Source: Octopus sinensis (taxonomy: Eukaryota). From it: a DNA stretch of 64,000 nucleotides. This document shows, one piece after another, positions 1 through 10,387 of this stretch (the stretch's first letter is position 1; every line of letters begins with the position of its first letter). The stretch is taken from the NCBI RefSeq assembly GCF_006345805.1, contig NC_043008.1, forward strand, positions 8,866,001 through 8,930,000, read 5' to 3'. The notes below the pieces were generated by a model, which was not told the origin of the DNA, searched no databases, and was given only the letters and a program-made list of their open reading frames with translations. A program made the translations under genes and the position numbers.

Positions 1-235
1 CCCTGTTAAAGGGAATATAAATAAAGTGTTTCTCAGTTGTTTGCAAACAAGCTTGTAGATTTGCCAAGCCTCTGTTTTTTTTTTATTTATTTATCTATTT
101 TTATTTTAATTATAGCTTGAGGAATCAATATTCATTTTCTCTCTAGTAACCATTCAGCTATTTATTCTGGTCTGTTTGCTAATTCGTTGATTGTTGTTAC
201 CATAAATTCATGAATACTAATGAGGTGTTCCATCA

Positions 236-900
236 GAATATTGAGAACTTTGTCAATCCCCGAGAGCTTTCCAGTTGCTTGTAGATTTTATCGTTGTTGC
301 TGAATGACTTGCTAGTCAGGTGGGCAATGCCTGCAGCGCTATTGAATTTTGTTTCATGCGTTTTTCTTCTGATCCATTGTGCTTCATGATTGTGTCGAAT
401 GATTTCTTTTTTCTCTCTCCCAATATGCTTCAAGTGTCGTTGATGTTGATATGTCATTCACATTACTTTGCTTTTTCTTTTCTGGTTGCTTTTTTGGGGT
501 AATGTCACTGTGAAACTTTTCCTTATTTCACTGAAATAACTTGTTCTCCTCAATGATATGCTAACGCTTTACGAAGCATCTTATCCGGCATGACGTTACG
601 GATTTGATTTGCTTAAGCCTTCCTTTTACTGTCAGGATATCTCATTTTTTGTTATTATATATTTCAATTATTTGATTTTTTTTATCTTGTTTCATATTAG
701 AATTTTCCAATTTCCTAAGTTTACTTCTTTCCATGATTTTCGACTTGGTTTTCTTTTTTTTTTTTCCTTTCCGTGTTTTATGTTCAGCTGAAAAGTCTTA
801 CTTTGTTGGATCCTGTCCGATTCCCATCACTACTACGACTATCACTCAACTGATTAGATCATTCAACCTATTGATATTCAGATTTGCTTCCGTGGAAATA
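236..900 (-). mobile_element. Decayed R4/Dong-like non-LTR retrotransposon fragment (region upstream of RT)
   Basis: Minus-strand translation RLKQIKSV..RIRCFVKR*HIIEENKLFQ*NKEKFHSDI..HNHEAQWI parallels EELKQRLVAK..RYDQR..QNSLF..HKKDAE in the larger copy at 35121-37497; stops and frameshifts present. Confidence 0.55.
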
Positions 901-1234
901 TTTTCATGTGAGATGCTGTTAAGCTTGGCTTTATATTGTGAAGGTGTGTGGTGGTGCGTTGCTTGGGTATGCGTTTCTGTTTAATTCATGACCATGGTTA
1001 GTCTGCGTTACTCGGTATGTAGCATCGAAGAGGCCAGGGAACAGAAGAAAGAAGAATAAAGAAGACATGCACCAAACACCAGAGCTGAAGACACCTCCGA
1101 AAGGGAGGGGTCTCGCCACGTCAAAACGGTAGAGGAGTAGGGGCCGAAACCGGACGTGGTTCCTTCTGATGGTGTCTTGAGCTAACTGGATCCTATAAAG
1201 GAGCTGTTGTGGTAGGAGACCACGAAACACGGTT

Positions 1235-1455
1235 GTAATTCCTCAGCATACAGCCGGTTTTCCGATATCTCTGACGTACATATCCTTCCCTGTATGGGAC
1301 GCCATTCTGTCGCATAATTACTCACTGTCGCCGGCTGAGTGGACTGAGCCAAAGTAAAACTATGTGTCTTGTTCAAGAACACATCGCCCGATTCAGGAAT
1401 CGAAACCACGATCTTGTATTCATGAGTCCAACATCCTAACCACCAAGCCATGATC
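1235..1455 (-). mobile_element. tRNA-derived SINE, diverged (family D/C-like)
   Basis: Minus strand ATGGCTTGGTGGTTAGG (A box) ... GGTTTCGATTCC (B box), then TGTGTTCTTGAACAAGACAC body shared with copies at 15518 and 26491. Confidence 0.7.
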
Positions 1456-1787
1456 CTCTACCATTCATGACCATGGGTTATATTATTTTCTTTTATGTTC
1501 TTCATGTTAAATTTTCCTGAGATTAACTCTAGTTAATTGTTTGTTATTTCATTCTGTTTATCAAATATTAAAATGGCGAACTGCTTTGCGCGCGCGTGGT
1601 GTGTGTGGAGGGAGATCAAGTAGAAGATATGAACAGAAAAGGTATCACTTACGGCGAGAAAGGGACGCCTCAAGCAACAAGAATCTATTGTTCGTGATCG
1701 GATGCGTGATGCGAAGCGTTAAAAAAAAAGTCAGCTGAAGTTAATAAAGCTGGAGCCGGATGACAAAGCAACACTCAGATTATTAAA

Positions 1788-2007
1788 AGACCCCAGAAGA
1801 CGCTAGCTCAGACCCCAGAAGACACTAGCTCAGACCCCAGAAGACGCTAGCTCAGACCCCAGAAGACGTTAGCTCAGAACCCAGAAGACACTAGCTCAGA
1901 CCCCAGAAGACGTTAGCTCAGACCCCAGAAAACGTTAGCTCAGACCCCAGAAGACGTTAGCTCAGACGCCAGAAGACTGTAGCTCAGACCCCAGAAGACG
2001 TTAGCTC
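1788..2007. repeat. 22-bp minisatellite (AGACCCCAGAAGACGTTAGCTC)x10
   Basis: Ten head-to-tail units starting 1788, 1810 ... 1986, with 0-2 substitutions each and no spacers. Confidence 0.97.
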
Positions 2008-2284
2008 TCCGATTCAGAAACACAGGTGTGCGGCTTTCAAGTGGAACTTAGCCGCACGATTCGTGAAGTGCAACAGACAGGATATATAGTGGACTTCTAT
2101 CAACCAAAACAACACGGAGAAAAATAACAACAAAAAGAGTAAAAATTACAACAATTTCCCAAACTTTGACGTCGTAGGAGAGAAAGTTCATGAACACCAT
2201 GTGGGAAATCGTTTTAAAAGATCCGATAGACTTCCGGTGTGGCTCGAAAGAAAAGTCTCTCTTTTACCGCATTTTGGACAGGGA

Positions 2285-2590
2285 AAATATCAGAACAGTT
2301 TACTATTGTAAATATCAGGTCTTTACACAAATATTATCGCCTACATCGCCTACACTGAAGAGTATTCGAGCGGTTCCAAGCAGTGCTGTTTTCTACAAGT
2401 GCTCCACCCATATTTCCACCCCTATTTGTTCCGTCCGTTTAATTCCGACTTAAGGATCAGTCTCAGCCTGCGCGAGCACTTCTCCTTAAATTTTTCGGTC
2501 AAATCATTCTCCATCAATTTATCCATCATCTGTTTGATAACCTCCCCCGACGGTATCGCTAACCCGTCCATACATTTGATTTTGCCTCTC
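2285..2590 (-). mobile_element. Internally deleted R4/Dong-like element
   Basis: KRGKIKCMDGLAIPSGEVIK..RRLRLILKSELNGRNK matches the RT segment at 35636-36004 and is joined directly to the C-terminal VEHL*KTALLGTARIL; 5' junction is in (AAT)n at 2591-2604. Confidence 0.8.
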
Positions 2591-2617
2591 TTATTATTAT
2601 TATTTTGATCTTGCCTC

Positions 2618-2845
2618 GGCGAGCTGGCAGAAATGTTAGCACGCCGGGCGAAATGCGTAGCCGTATTTCGTCTTCCGTTACGTTCTGAGTTCAAATTCCG
2701 CCGAGGTCGACTTTGCCTTTCATCCTTTCGGGGCCGATAAATTAAGTATCAGTTATGCACTGGGGTCGATGTAATCGACTTAATCCTTTTGTTTGTCATT
2801 GTTTGTCCCCTCTGTGTTTAGCCCTTTGTGGGTAGTAAAGAAATA
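2618..2845 (+). mobile_element. tRNA-derived SINE family A, full length
   Basis: GGCGAGCTGGCAGAA..GAGTTCAAATTCC (A/B boxes), CCTTTCATCCTTTCGGGG.CGATAAATTAAGTA core and GTAAAGAAATA tail; more than 10 homologues in the window. Confidence 0.9.
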
Positions 2846-2883
2846 TATCATTAGTAGTAAAGAAATATATTATTAATATCATC

Positions 2884-2929
<46 letters not shown>

Positions 2930-3564
2930 GTAGTAAGTATATATCAATAATGAGACTAGTTGTCATGGAATGAAATGTCACGATACAATCCGTTGATCAA
3001 TAATTTAAACCAATTTTCAAACTCCACCTTATACCCTCTTCCGATATGGCTTTGATCCCTCTGACAATGTTAATGCAAACTAACTTATCAGCTAGTCAAA
3101 CATTATGAAGGAAACACTGCGTATTGTTCACGGCTGACCTCAGAGTCAACTTTAAAGTGTGAAGAGCAATCCTGTGATACAATCCGTTAGAATTTCCATT
3201 GAAGTTAATGGAATGGACTTTCTTCCTCGCAGATATGTCAATGGGAAGTCAGTGAGATTTTCACTCGCAGACAATAAGGTTATTCGGTCATGTTAGTGTA
3301 CAAAGTCGGATAAAAGTTATACATAAAAATGGATTAGAAACATCTTAAAACACGATTTATCTGATAAAGTAGCATTTAATAGCTTATCACATGGATCAAT
3401 CGAGGCTGTTCTGTTAAAGCGTCCCAGTCCCGACCATGTGGTTCTATGATTCATCCTGATACATGTTACATTTGCGGCGTGTCTTCTCTAATAGCCTTCG
3501 ACTAATACATTCTGGGTAGAATTTGGTTAATAGAAACTGCATCAGTCCATCGTATTTGTGGGGA

Positions 3565-4079
3565 GGTGTAGAGTCATGGCTGTGTTTGTTAAGAAGCTCA
3601 TTTTGCAACCATGCAGTTTCAGGTTCAGTCCCACAGTGTGGCACCTTGGGCAGATGTCTTCTAAGGCGGCGAGCTGGCAGAATCGCTAGCGCGCTGGACG
3701 ACATGCTTAGCGGTATTTCGTCTGCCGTTACGTTCTGAGTTCAAATTCCGCCGAGGTCGACTTTGGCTTTCATCCTTTCAGGGTCGATAAATTAAGTGCC
3801 AGTTACGCACTGGAGTCAATATAATCGACTTAATACCTATATCTGTCCTTGTTTGTCCCTTCTATGTTTAGCCCCTTGTGGGTAATAAAGAAATAGGTAT
3901 TTCGTCTGCCGTTACGTTGTGAGTTCAAATTCCGCCGAGATCGACTTTGCCTTTCATCCTTTCAGGGTCGATAAATTAAGTACCAGTTAGGCACTGGGGT
4001 CGTTGTAATCGACTTAATACCTATGTCTGTCCTTGTTTGTCCCCTCTGTGTTTAGGTCCTTGTGGGTAATAGAGAAATA
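3565..4079 (+). mobile_element. Composite SINE: family-B head + family-A copy + 5'-truncated second A copy, one 14-bp TSD
   Basis: B head 3565-3662, A 3664-3895, A' 3896-4079; direct repeat CGTATTTGTGGGGA at 3551-3564 and 4080-4093. Confidence 0.85.
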
Positions 4080-4214
4080 CGTATTTGTGGGGATGTGCGT
4101 GTATGTGTGTATTTGTATTTGAACGTATGTAAATATGAGTGTGTATATTTGAGTGGGTATCTGCGTGAGGGGGTTTATCTGTGACCCTGATGTGTTTCTG
4201 TGTTTATGTTCTTG

Positions 4215-4326
4215 AGGCGCAGGAGTGGCTGGGTGGTAAGTAGCTTGCTTAGCAACCACATGGCTGACCAAAGCCTTCTGAGTGGATTTGGTAGACAGAA
4301 ACTGAAAGAATCCCGTCGTATATATG

Positions 4327-4359
<33 letters not shown>

Positions 4360-4581
4360 ATGTTTGTGTGTCTGTGTTTGTCACCCCAACATCGCTTGAC
4401 AACCGATGCTGGTGTGTTTACGTGCCCGTAACTTAGCGGTTCAGCAAAAGAGACTGATAGAATAAGTACTACGCTTACAAAGAATAAATCCTGGGGTCGA
4501 TTTACTCGACTAAAAGGCGGTGCTCCAGCATGGCCACTGTCAAATTACTGAAACAAGTAAAAGAGTAAATGAGTAAAGAGT
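4215..4581 (+). mobile_element. tRNA-derived SINE family B with internal deletion
   Basis: GGCGCAGGAGTGGCTG..GTAAGTAGCTTGCTT head, internal (TA)/(TG) microsatellite, GGCGGTGCTCCAGCATGGCC..CTGAAACAAGTAAAAGAGT tail; the B-box segment is missing compared with 7343-7735. Confidence 0.9.
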
Positions 4582-4945
4582 AATACAACTCCGTTGATTA
4601 AAACAAAACCTGTGACATTAGACAGGAATTTTCTTCGCCATGAATATAGCACAATTATTTTCCAGCTGTGATGAACCAGCCACAAATTGCTATATTAGAT
4701 AACTTGTCGTAAACACCTAGCACTATGTCTCTCTCTCTCTGCATCTAGTTACTGCTGTTAGTATTTGTAAAAGAGCCACATAACTAAAACTCTTAGGTGA
4801 GGAAATAAAATCTGTTCATCGTCTGCGGTTGTGGTTATTTATTTCTTTACGCGGCGCAAGTAATACATTTTCCTTCACCAATCTAACAACAACAGCAGGA
4901 GCTACTAGCACACACAGCAAGTGACAATATCATTGTGCTTCCAGG

Positions 4946-5260
4946 CAGTGCCGGATTTTGGACAAATGAGGCCCTGTGCTAGTTAAGTTATGAGGCTCCT
5001 TACTTAGTGGGGCCTTTACTTATGAGGGCCTTTACTTGGCCCTTAATGTTAAAAATTAACGTGTAAAAGCGTTCACATTAACTTTACCTTATATCTTTTA
5101 GGAAAAATATTTGAATGTTTGACATTTGAAAAATTTATGGTAAAAAACTTTGGGGGCAAGAAAATAGACCCACAAATGTTTGACATTTGAAAAATTCATC
5201 GTAAAAACTTTTGGGCCTTGTGCTTAAGCACACGTAAGCACAATAGTAAATCTGGTACTG
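4946..5260. mobile_element. hAT-type MITE
   Basis: TIRs CAGTGCCGGATT (4946-4957) / AATCTGGTACTG (5249-5260), 10/12 match; perfect 8-bp TSD CTTCCAGG at 4938-4945 and 5261-5268; internal ~45-bp duplication. 8-bp TSDs are typical of hAT. Confidence 0.88.
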
Positions 5261-5539
5261 CTTCCAGGAACATATTCGAGAGTTATGCTTTCAGCAAACC
5301 ATCCAAATCATTTGAAGATACGATGGAAATTTTTAGCCAGATAAAGCAAGATTTCGTGTTACGCTTTAAAGAAACTTAACTGCAAAAGGAAACGGAAAAC
5401 AATCAAAATATTTAACACAAGGAAACAGTGTTATGAAAATCTACAAATGTATGCAATAGAATAGATATTTTGCTCCGCCTGCTAACGATTCTACCAGCAG
5501 GCCGCCCTAATCTTTATTAATATTAGTATTATTGAGTAA

Positions 5540-5632
5540 GGCGGCGTGCTGGCAGAATCGTTAGCACCCCGGGCAAAATTCTTAGCAGTATTTGGTCCAT
5601 CTTAACGTTCTGAGTTCAAATTCCACCTTTCA
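5540..5632 (+). mobile_element. SINE family A, 3'-truncated head
   Basis: GGCGGCGTGCTGGCAGAATCGTTAGCAC..GAGTTCAAATTCCACC. Confidence 0.8.
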
Positions 5633-5647
5633 TTTGTTAGAATACGA

Positions 5648-5701
5648 CCGTACGTGAAGAGTTTCGGTGACATTGTTCTCCTCTTGTTCATCAGCGTCCG
5701 G
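5648..5701 (-). ncRNA. Degenerate type I hammerhead-like motif
   Basis: Minus strand CCGGACG-CTGATGA-..-GAAAC-TCTTCA-CGTACGG: stem I 6/7 bp, but stem II is weak and the stem III/cleavage triplet is non-canonical. Confidence 0.3.
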
Positions 5702-7342
5702 CCGCATCCCAACATAACATAACATAATGTTATATAAGCCATAATACATGTTTAATATACAGTGCCAAAGTAAATGTATAAAGGAACGCCAAAAACCGTT
5801 CTACTTTTATAAAGAGAAGATAGATTTTTTTCACAATGTACAAAGTGATTTGTTATCATTAGCGTAGTGTTGTGTCGTGAATGCATGCTTATAATATTTG
5901 TGTCTGTGTGTTCGTGTGTGCGACAAAAGTACAGAATAAGGTTTATGCAAATACAACAGAGCATGAGAGAAGTCTCAACATTTAAATGAAGTTACTTTAG
6001 AGTTATTTTACCAGTTCATGTAGTACACGATAATGAATTCTATACAAGATTTGAGTCTCGGAGCTGAGATTAGTTGAGTCACTTGTTGTGCATATTTTTC
6101 TCTTGATATAGATATTCTTTCAGATATATATACTGCAACTGTTTTTCCGTGGTGAGATTTTCACTCTAACAGCATGAGTTGCATCTGTATTTATCTTGTG
6201 TACAAGTTGAAATCTTCATAGATGGAGATGATGTTGGTGATGACGTTATGCCTGTCGCTTGGTTTACAATAGCGTCTTCATAGTATGGTTGGCTTGGCTG
6301 TCGTCTGCCTTTCGAACTGTAACATGGTTGAGTAAGCTCTGTGTGGTCTCCGACCAAGACCTTAAAATGTCTTAAGCCAAAAGACATGAATCGTGATATG
6401 ATCAGCCTATTTAAGAGTTAAGATGGCTCAAATGAAAAGTCCTACCCGAAAGCCGTGATTGGTCAGTTTACACACTGGCGCGAAGTAAGTAGAGAGACAG
6501 ACCGCGCTTAGATGCTAACCAATCAAAATAGTGGACACAACAGAGTTAAACTAGCCAAAGACATTTGTAATCTCAAATGAGATCATTCTTAATATTTTTC
6601 TCAAACATTGAAGATAACAATGAAGAAAACAATATTGCTACACATTCTTACAGGGTCGATAAAATAAGCACCTGTTAAGCCCTGGCTTCGACGTAATCAA
6701 CTTTCCCTCTACGTCGAACTTGTTGGCTCGGTGCCTTAATTAGAAACCAATATTAAGAGACAAAAACTGAAAAAAAAGGGATTGGAGATTTTATAATTTA
6801 ATGACAATATACAATATATTCATGTATTTATATCAAGAAAACAGCATTGGATGCGGCTTATTTAAAGAGGAGATAAAGTTTGTTTAGTAATTATAAGATT
6901 TATGAGGTACGTTGGAAGGTTTGTTGAGCGGCGGCCAGTTCAGAGCAGCCAACAAAATGTATGGTAGATGCACAGAAACTGAAAATTGTTTCCAAATGAA
7001 AGAACAAATGCGTGTGAGTATGGAAAATATTGAATGAAATATTTTGCAATGGTTTTACTATAATAATGATTTATTGTTTACAGCCAAGAGGAGTCAAAAA
7101 CCAACAATATTGACGGAGAAATGTGAAATACTGGAATTGAAATCCCGATAGGAAAGATGTGGAAGCTATACAAATGAATTTCTATTATTGTATTATGATT
7201 TATCTTGTTGTTCTCATTTGTTGCTGCTGCCGTTGTTGTTGTTGGTGTTGTTGTTGTTGTTGGCACCTGCAATGTTGTCCGGAACACACCGCCGTCTAAC
7301 AGTCAGGCAAGGCTTTCGGTGGAAGTTCTCTCTCTTTCTTTT

Positions 7343-7735
7343 TCTTTTACTTGTTTCAGTCATTTGACTGCGGCCATGCTGGAGCACCGCCTTTTAATCG
7401 AGAAACTCGACCCCGGGACTTATTCTTTTTGTAAGCCCAGTACTTATTATATCGGTCTCTTTTGCCGAAACGCTAGGTGACGGGGACGTAAACACACCAG
7501 CATCGGTTGTCAAGCAATGCTAGGGGAACAAACACAGACACACAAACATACACATATACATATACATATATACGACGGGCTTCTTTCAGTTTCCGTCTAC
7601 CAAATCCACTCACAAGGCTTTGGTCGGCCCGAAGCTATAGTAGAAGATACTTGCCCAAGGTGCCACGCAGTGGGACTGAACCCGGAACCATGTGGTTGGT
7701 AAACAAGCTACTTACGACACAGCCACTCCTGCGCC
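7343..7735 (-). mobile_element. SINE family B, full length, near consensus
   Basis: Minus strand GGCGCAGGAGTGGCTGTGTCGTAAG..GGGTTCAGTCCCACTGCGTGGCACC head through the CTGAAACAAGTAAAAG tail. Confidence 0.92.
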
Positions 7736-7843
7736 TACGTTAGGTTTTATGTAAATATTCATTGTTCTTTGTCTTCGTATTGTCCTAATGCGCTTCAAGG
7801 AACTTACAGCCTTAAACCACGTTTAGATAAAGAAAGATATATA

Positions 7844-8077
7844 TATTTCTTTACTGCCCACAAGGGGCTAAACATAGAGAGGACAAACAAGGACAGACGA
7901 AGGGATTGAGTCGATTATATCGCCCCTCAGTGCGAAACTGGTACTTTATTTATCGACCCCGAAAGGATGAAATGCAAAGTTGACTTCGGCGGAATTTGAA
8001 CTCAGAACGTAACGACAGACGAAATACCGCTAAGCATTTCGTCCGGTGCGCTAATGTGTCTGCCAGCTCGCCGCCTT
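7844..8077 (-). mobile_element. SINE family A, full length
   Basis: Reverse complement of the 2618-2845 family across its whole length. Confidence 0.9.
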
Positions 8078-8395
8078 ATCATTATCATCATTTCCTTTAT
8101 TGTTGTTGTTGTTGTGATTGTTATTATTACCTAATTGTTCAACATTTTTACTTCATCAGCTGCTACACCTCCGTGTTGCTCAGGTGTGAGCAGCATTGTG
8201 GTCTTTTCTGTTGTTTCGTAGCGCACAAACTCTTCCCGATATAGTATTGCCTTAGATTTTCGCTCTTGTTGTGTGGTGCACTCTTACGTTGTATTACTGC
8301 TTGTATTGTGTGATGATTGTGTAATGCGTTGGTTACCTAGCTACTGGCGGATGTTTATTTCACTAGATAATTGTCGTTTAGAATGTGTATTATTA

Positions 8396-8492
<97 letters not shown>

Positions 8493-8496
8493 TTAT

Positions 8497-8678
8497 TCAG
8501 TAGTTTTATTTTTATAGCGTGCTTTCACTTCACTACCGAGCACAGCTCTGTGTGCCTTAGGTATGTGCTGTGGTTTGTTGTGATGCTCTGATGGTTATTG
8601 TATGGAAAGTGTTCTGCATAGGATGTGTGCAGTGCCTAGTAGTGCAATTTTTGTATGTTATATGTATTTGTGTTTTTT
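8497..8678 (-). mobile_element. 3' end of R4/Dong-like element I (C-terminus + 3' UTR) ending in (AAT)n
   Basis: Minus strand NIQKIALLGTAHILCRTLSIQ* followed by a UTR running into the AAT/TAG repeat at 8385-8496. Confidence 0.8.
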
Positions 8679-8682
8679 ATTC

Positions 8683-8718
<36 letters not shown>

Positions 8719-8739
8719 TATTATTATTATTATTATTAT

Positions 8740-9100
8740 CTGATGAGAACTCTGGGTCTGTTTTGCTGGGTATGATGTAATGTATCATATGTCCACAGCC
8801 AGCAAACTACAGTGACACTTGCTTTCTGATCAAGAGCCCTGGGGAGATCTCTTGCAGTTCCATACATTTACGATTTTTCTAGATGTTCTATCTCTATGCT
8901 CGTACTAATCTTTTTTGAGCCATGTCGGTAATTGAGGGCCGATACTTTCAAGCGTGCCAATTACTACCGGCATCACGTCCACTCTCTTTATTTCCCAGAA
9001 TCTGCATATTTCCCACATCAAATCGTCAAGGCTGCTCAGTTTTTCTTTCCCTTTCTCTTAGAGCCTCTTGTCACCGGGACATGCTATGTAGATTATGCTT
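8740..9100 (-). mobile_element. 3' end of R4/Dong-like element II (RLE endonuclease C-terminus + 3' UTR)
   Basis: Minus strand IIYIACPGDKRL*EKGKEKLSSLDDLMWEICRFWEIKRVDVMPVVIGTL..IEHLEKS*MYGTARDL; both ends abut (AAT)n. Confidence 0.82.
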
Positions 9101-9169
9101 CTTATTCTTACCTTATTATAATTACTATTATTATTATTATCGTATTATTATTATTTTATTTTATTATTA

Positions 9170-9226
<57 letters not shown>

Positions 9227-9349
9227 CATCATCACATTTCATCTTCATCATCATTAAATGCCAAGCAACTGGCATGCAGTATTGAGCAGAATGTTTACGG
9301 TTAGCCCCATCTTGACACCAAGACAAAACATGTACATGTTAAACTTTCA

Positions 9350-9380
<31 letters not shown>

Positions 9381-9688
9381 TATCATTATTATTTATTATT
9401 ATTATTATTAATATTTTAGTTATTATTATTATTATCGTATTTTATTATTATTATTATTATTATATTATTATTATTATTATTATTATTATATTTTATTATT
9501 ATTATTATCACATCATCATCATCATCATCCTCGTCGTCCTCATCGTAGTCAACGTGGCCGTCGTTGTTGTTTTATTGATGTTATTATTATTACTATTACC
9601 ATTATTATTATCGTTACTATTATTATCGTTATAATTATTATCATTATTATTATTATTATTATTATTATCATTATTATTATTATTATCA

Positions 9689-9719
<31 letters not shown>

Positions 9720-9769
9720 CATTATTATTATTATTATTACTATTATTATTATCATATTATTATTATTAC

Positions 9770-9836
<67 letters not shown>

Positions 9837-9840
9837 TAAT
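9100..9840. repeat. (TTA)n/(TCA)n microsatellite field
   Basis: Direct reading of the sequence; interrupted at 9255-9340 by a fragment of element E. Confidence 0.97.
9278..9338 (-). mobile_element. Terminal fragment of element E (see 37586-38072)
   Basis: GTATTGAGCAGAAT..TAGCCC..ACCAAGACAAAACATGTACATG aligns to 38013-38072. Confidence 0.7.
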
Positions 9841-10331
9841 GGTGGATTAGTGCTGTTTCATCTAGTATTCTTGTAATCAAATTCTGCATTCTATATGCTG
9901 AATACATTCTTGATGTTTAATACTTTAAGTGATGCAAGTTAAATAAGCCCACTGCATGGCTTCAATTCTCGATTTATCTCTGAACTCTATTCAATGTAGA
10001 TTTATACACAATCGCATACGTGAAATTCGGTAGATCACTAACAAATCTTTAGTTATTATCCCTTGTATTTAATCAAAGAATGCTGGTGAATCTAATTAAC
10101 TCTAAACCGATATTTGCATCTCTATAGTGTTTCAAGGAGTTGAAGTAGTCAGTGACTGGAGTCACAAACTGGATTTACGCATATATTATTATATTAAATG
10201 TACGCGATGTTTGAACTTATAGAAGCAATATCATGCTGTGTGTGATTATGAATATGCGGCTGCACGTAAAACGTGTATATTCATAAAGACAATAAATATC
10301 TTCATGTATACATATACACACACATATATAT

Positions 10332-10387
<56 letters not shown>

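Noticed and set aside
1085-1165. Hammerhead from CTGAAGA (1085) with GAAA/GAAAC downstream
   Set aside because: The first GAAA is a hairpin loop, and no stem II or stem I closes around the second.
1788-2007. CRISPR array
   Set aside because: Units are contiguous with no unique spacers, there are no cas genes, and the context is eukaryotic.
8740-8790. CTGATGA at 8740 (and isolated CTGANGA matches at ~2355, 8152, 19495, 47893, 48533, 60406) as ribozymes
   Set aside because: No GAAA at suitable spacing with closing stems II, III and I.
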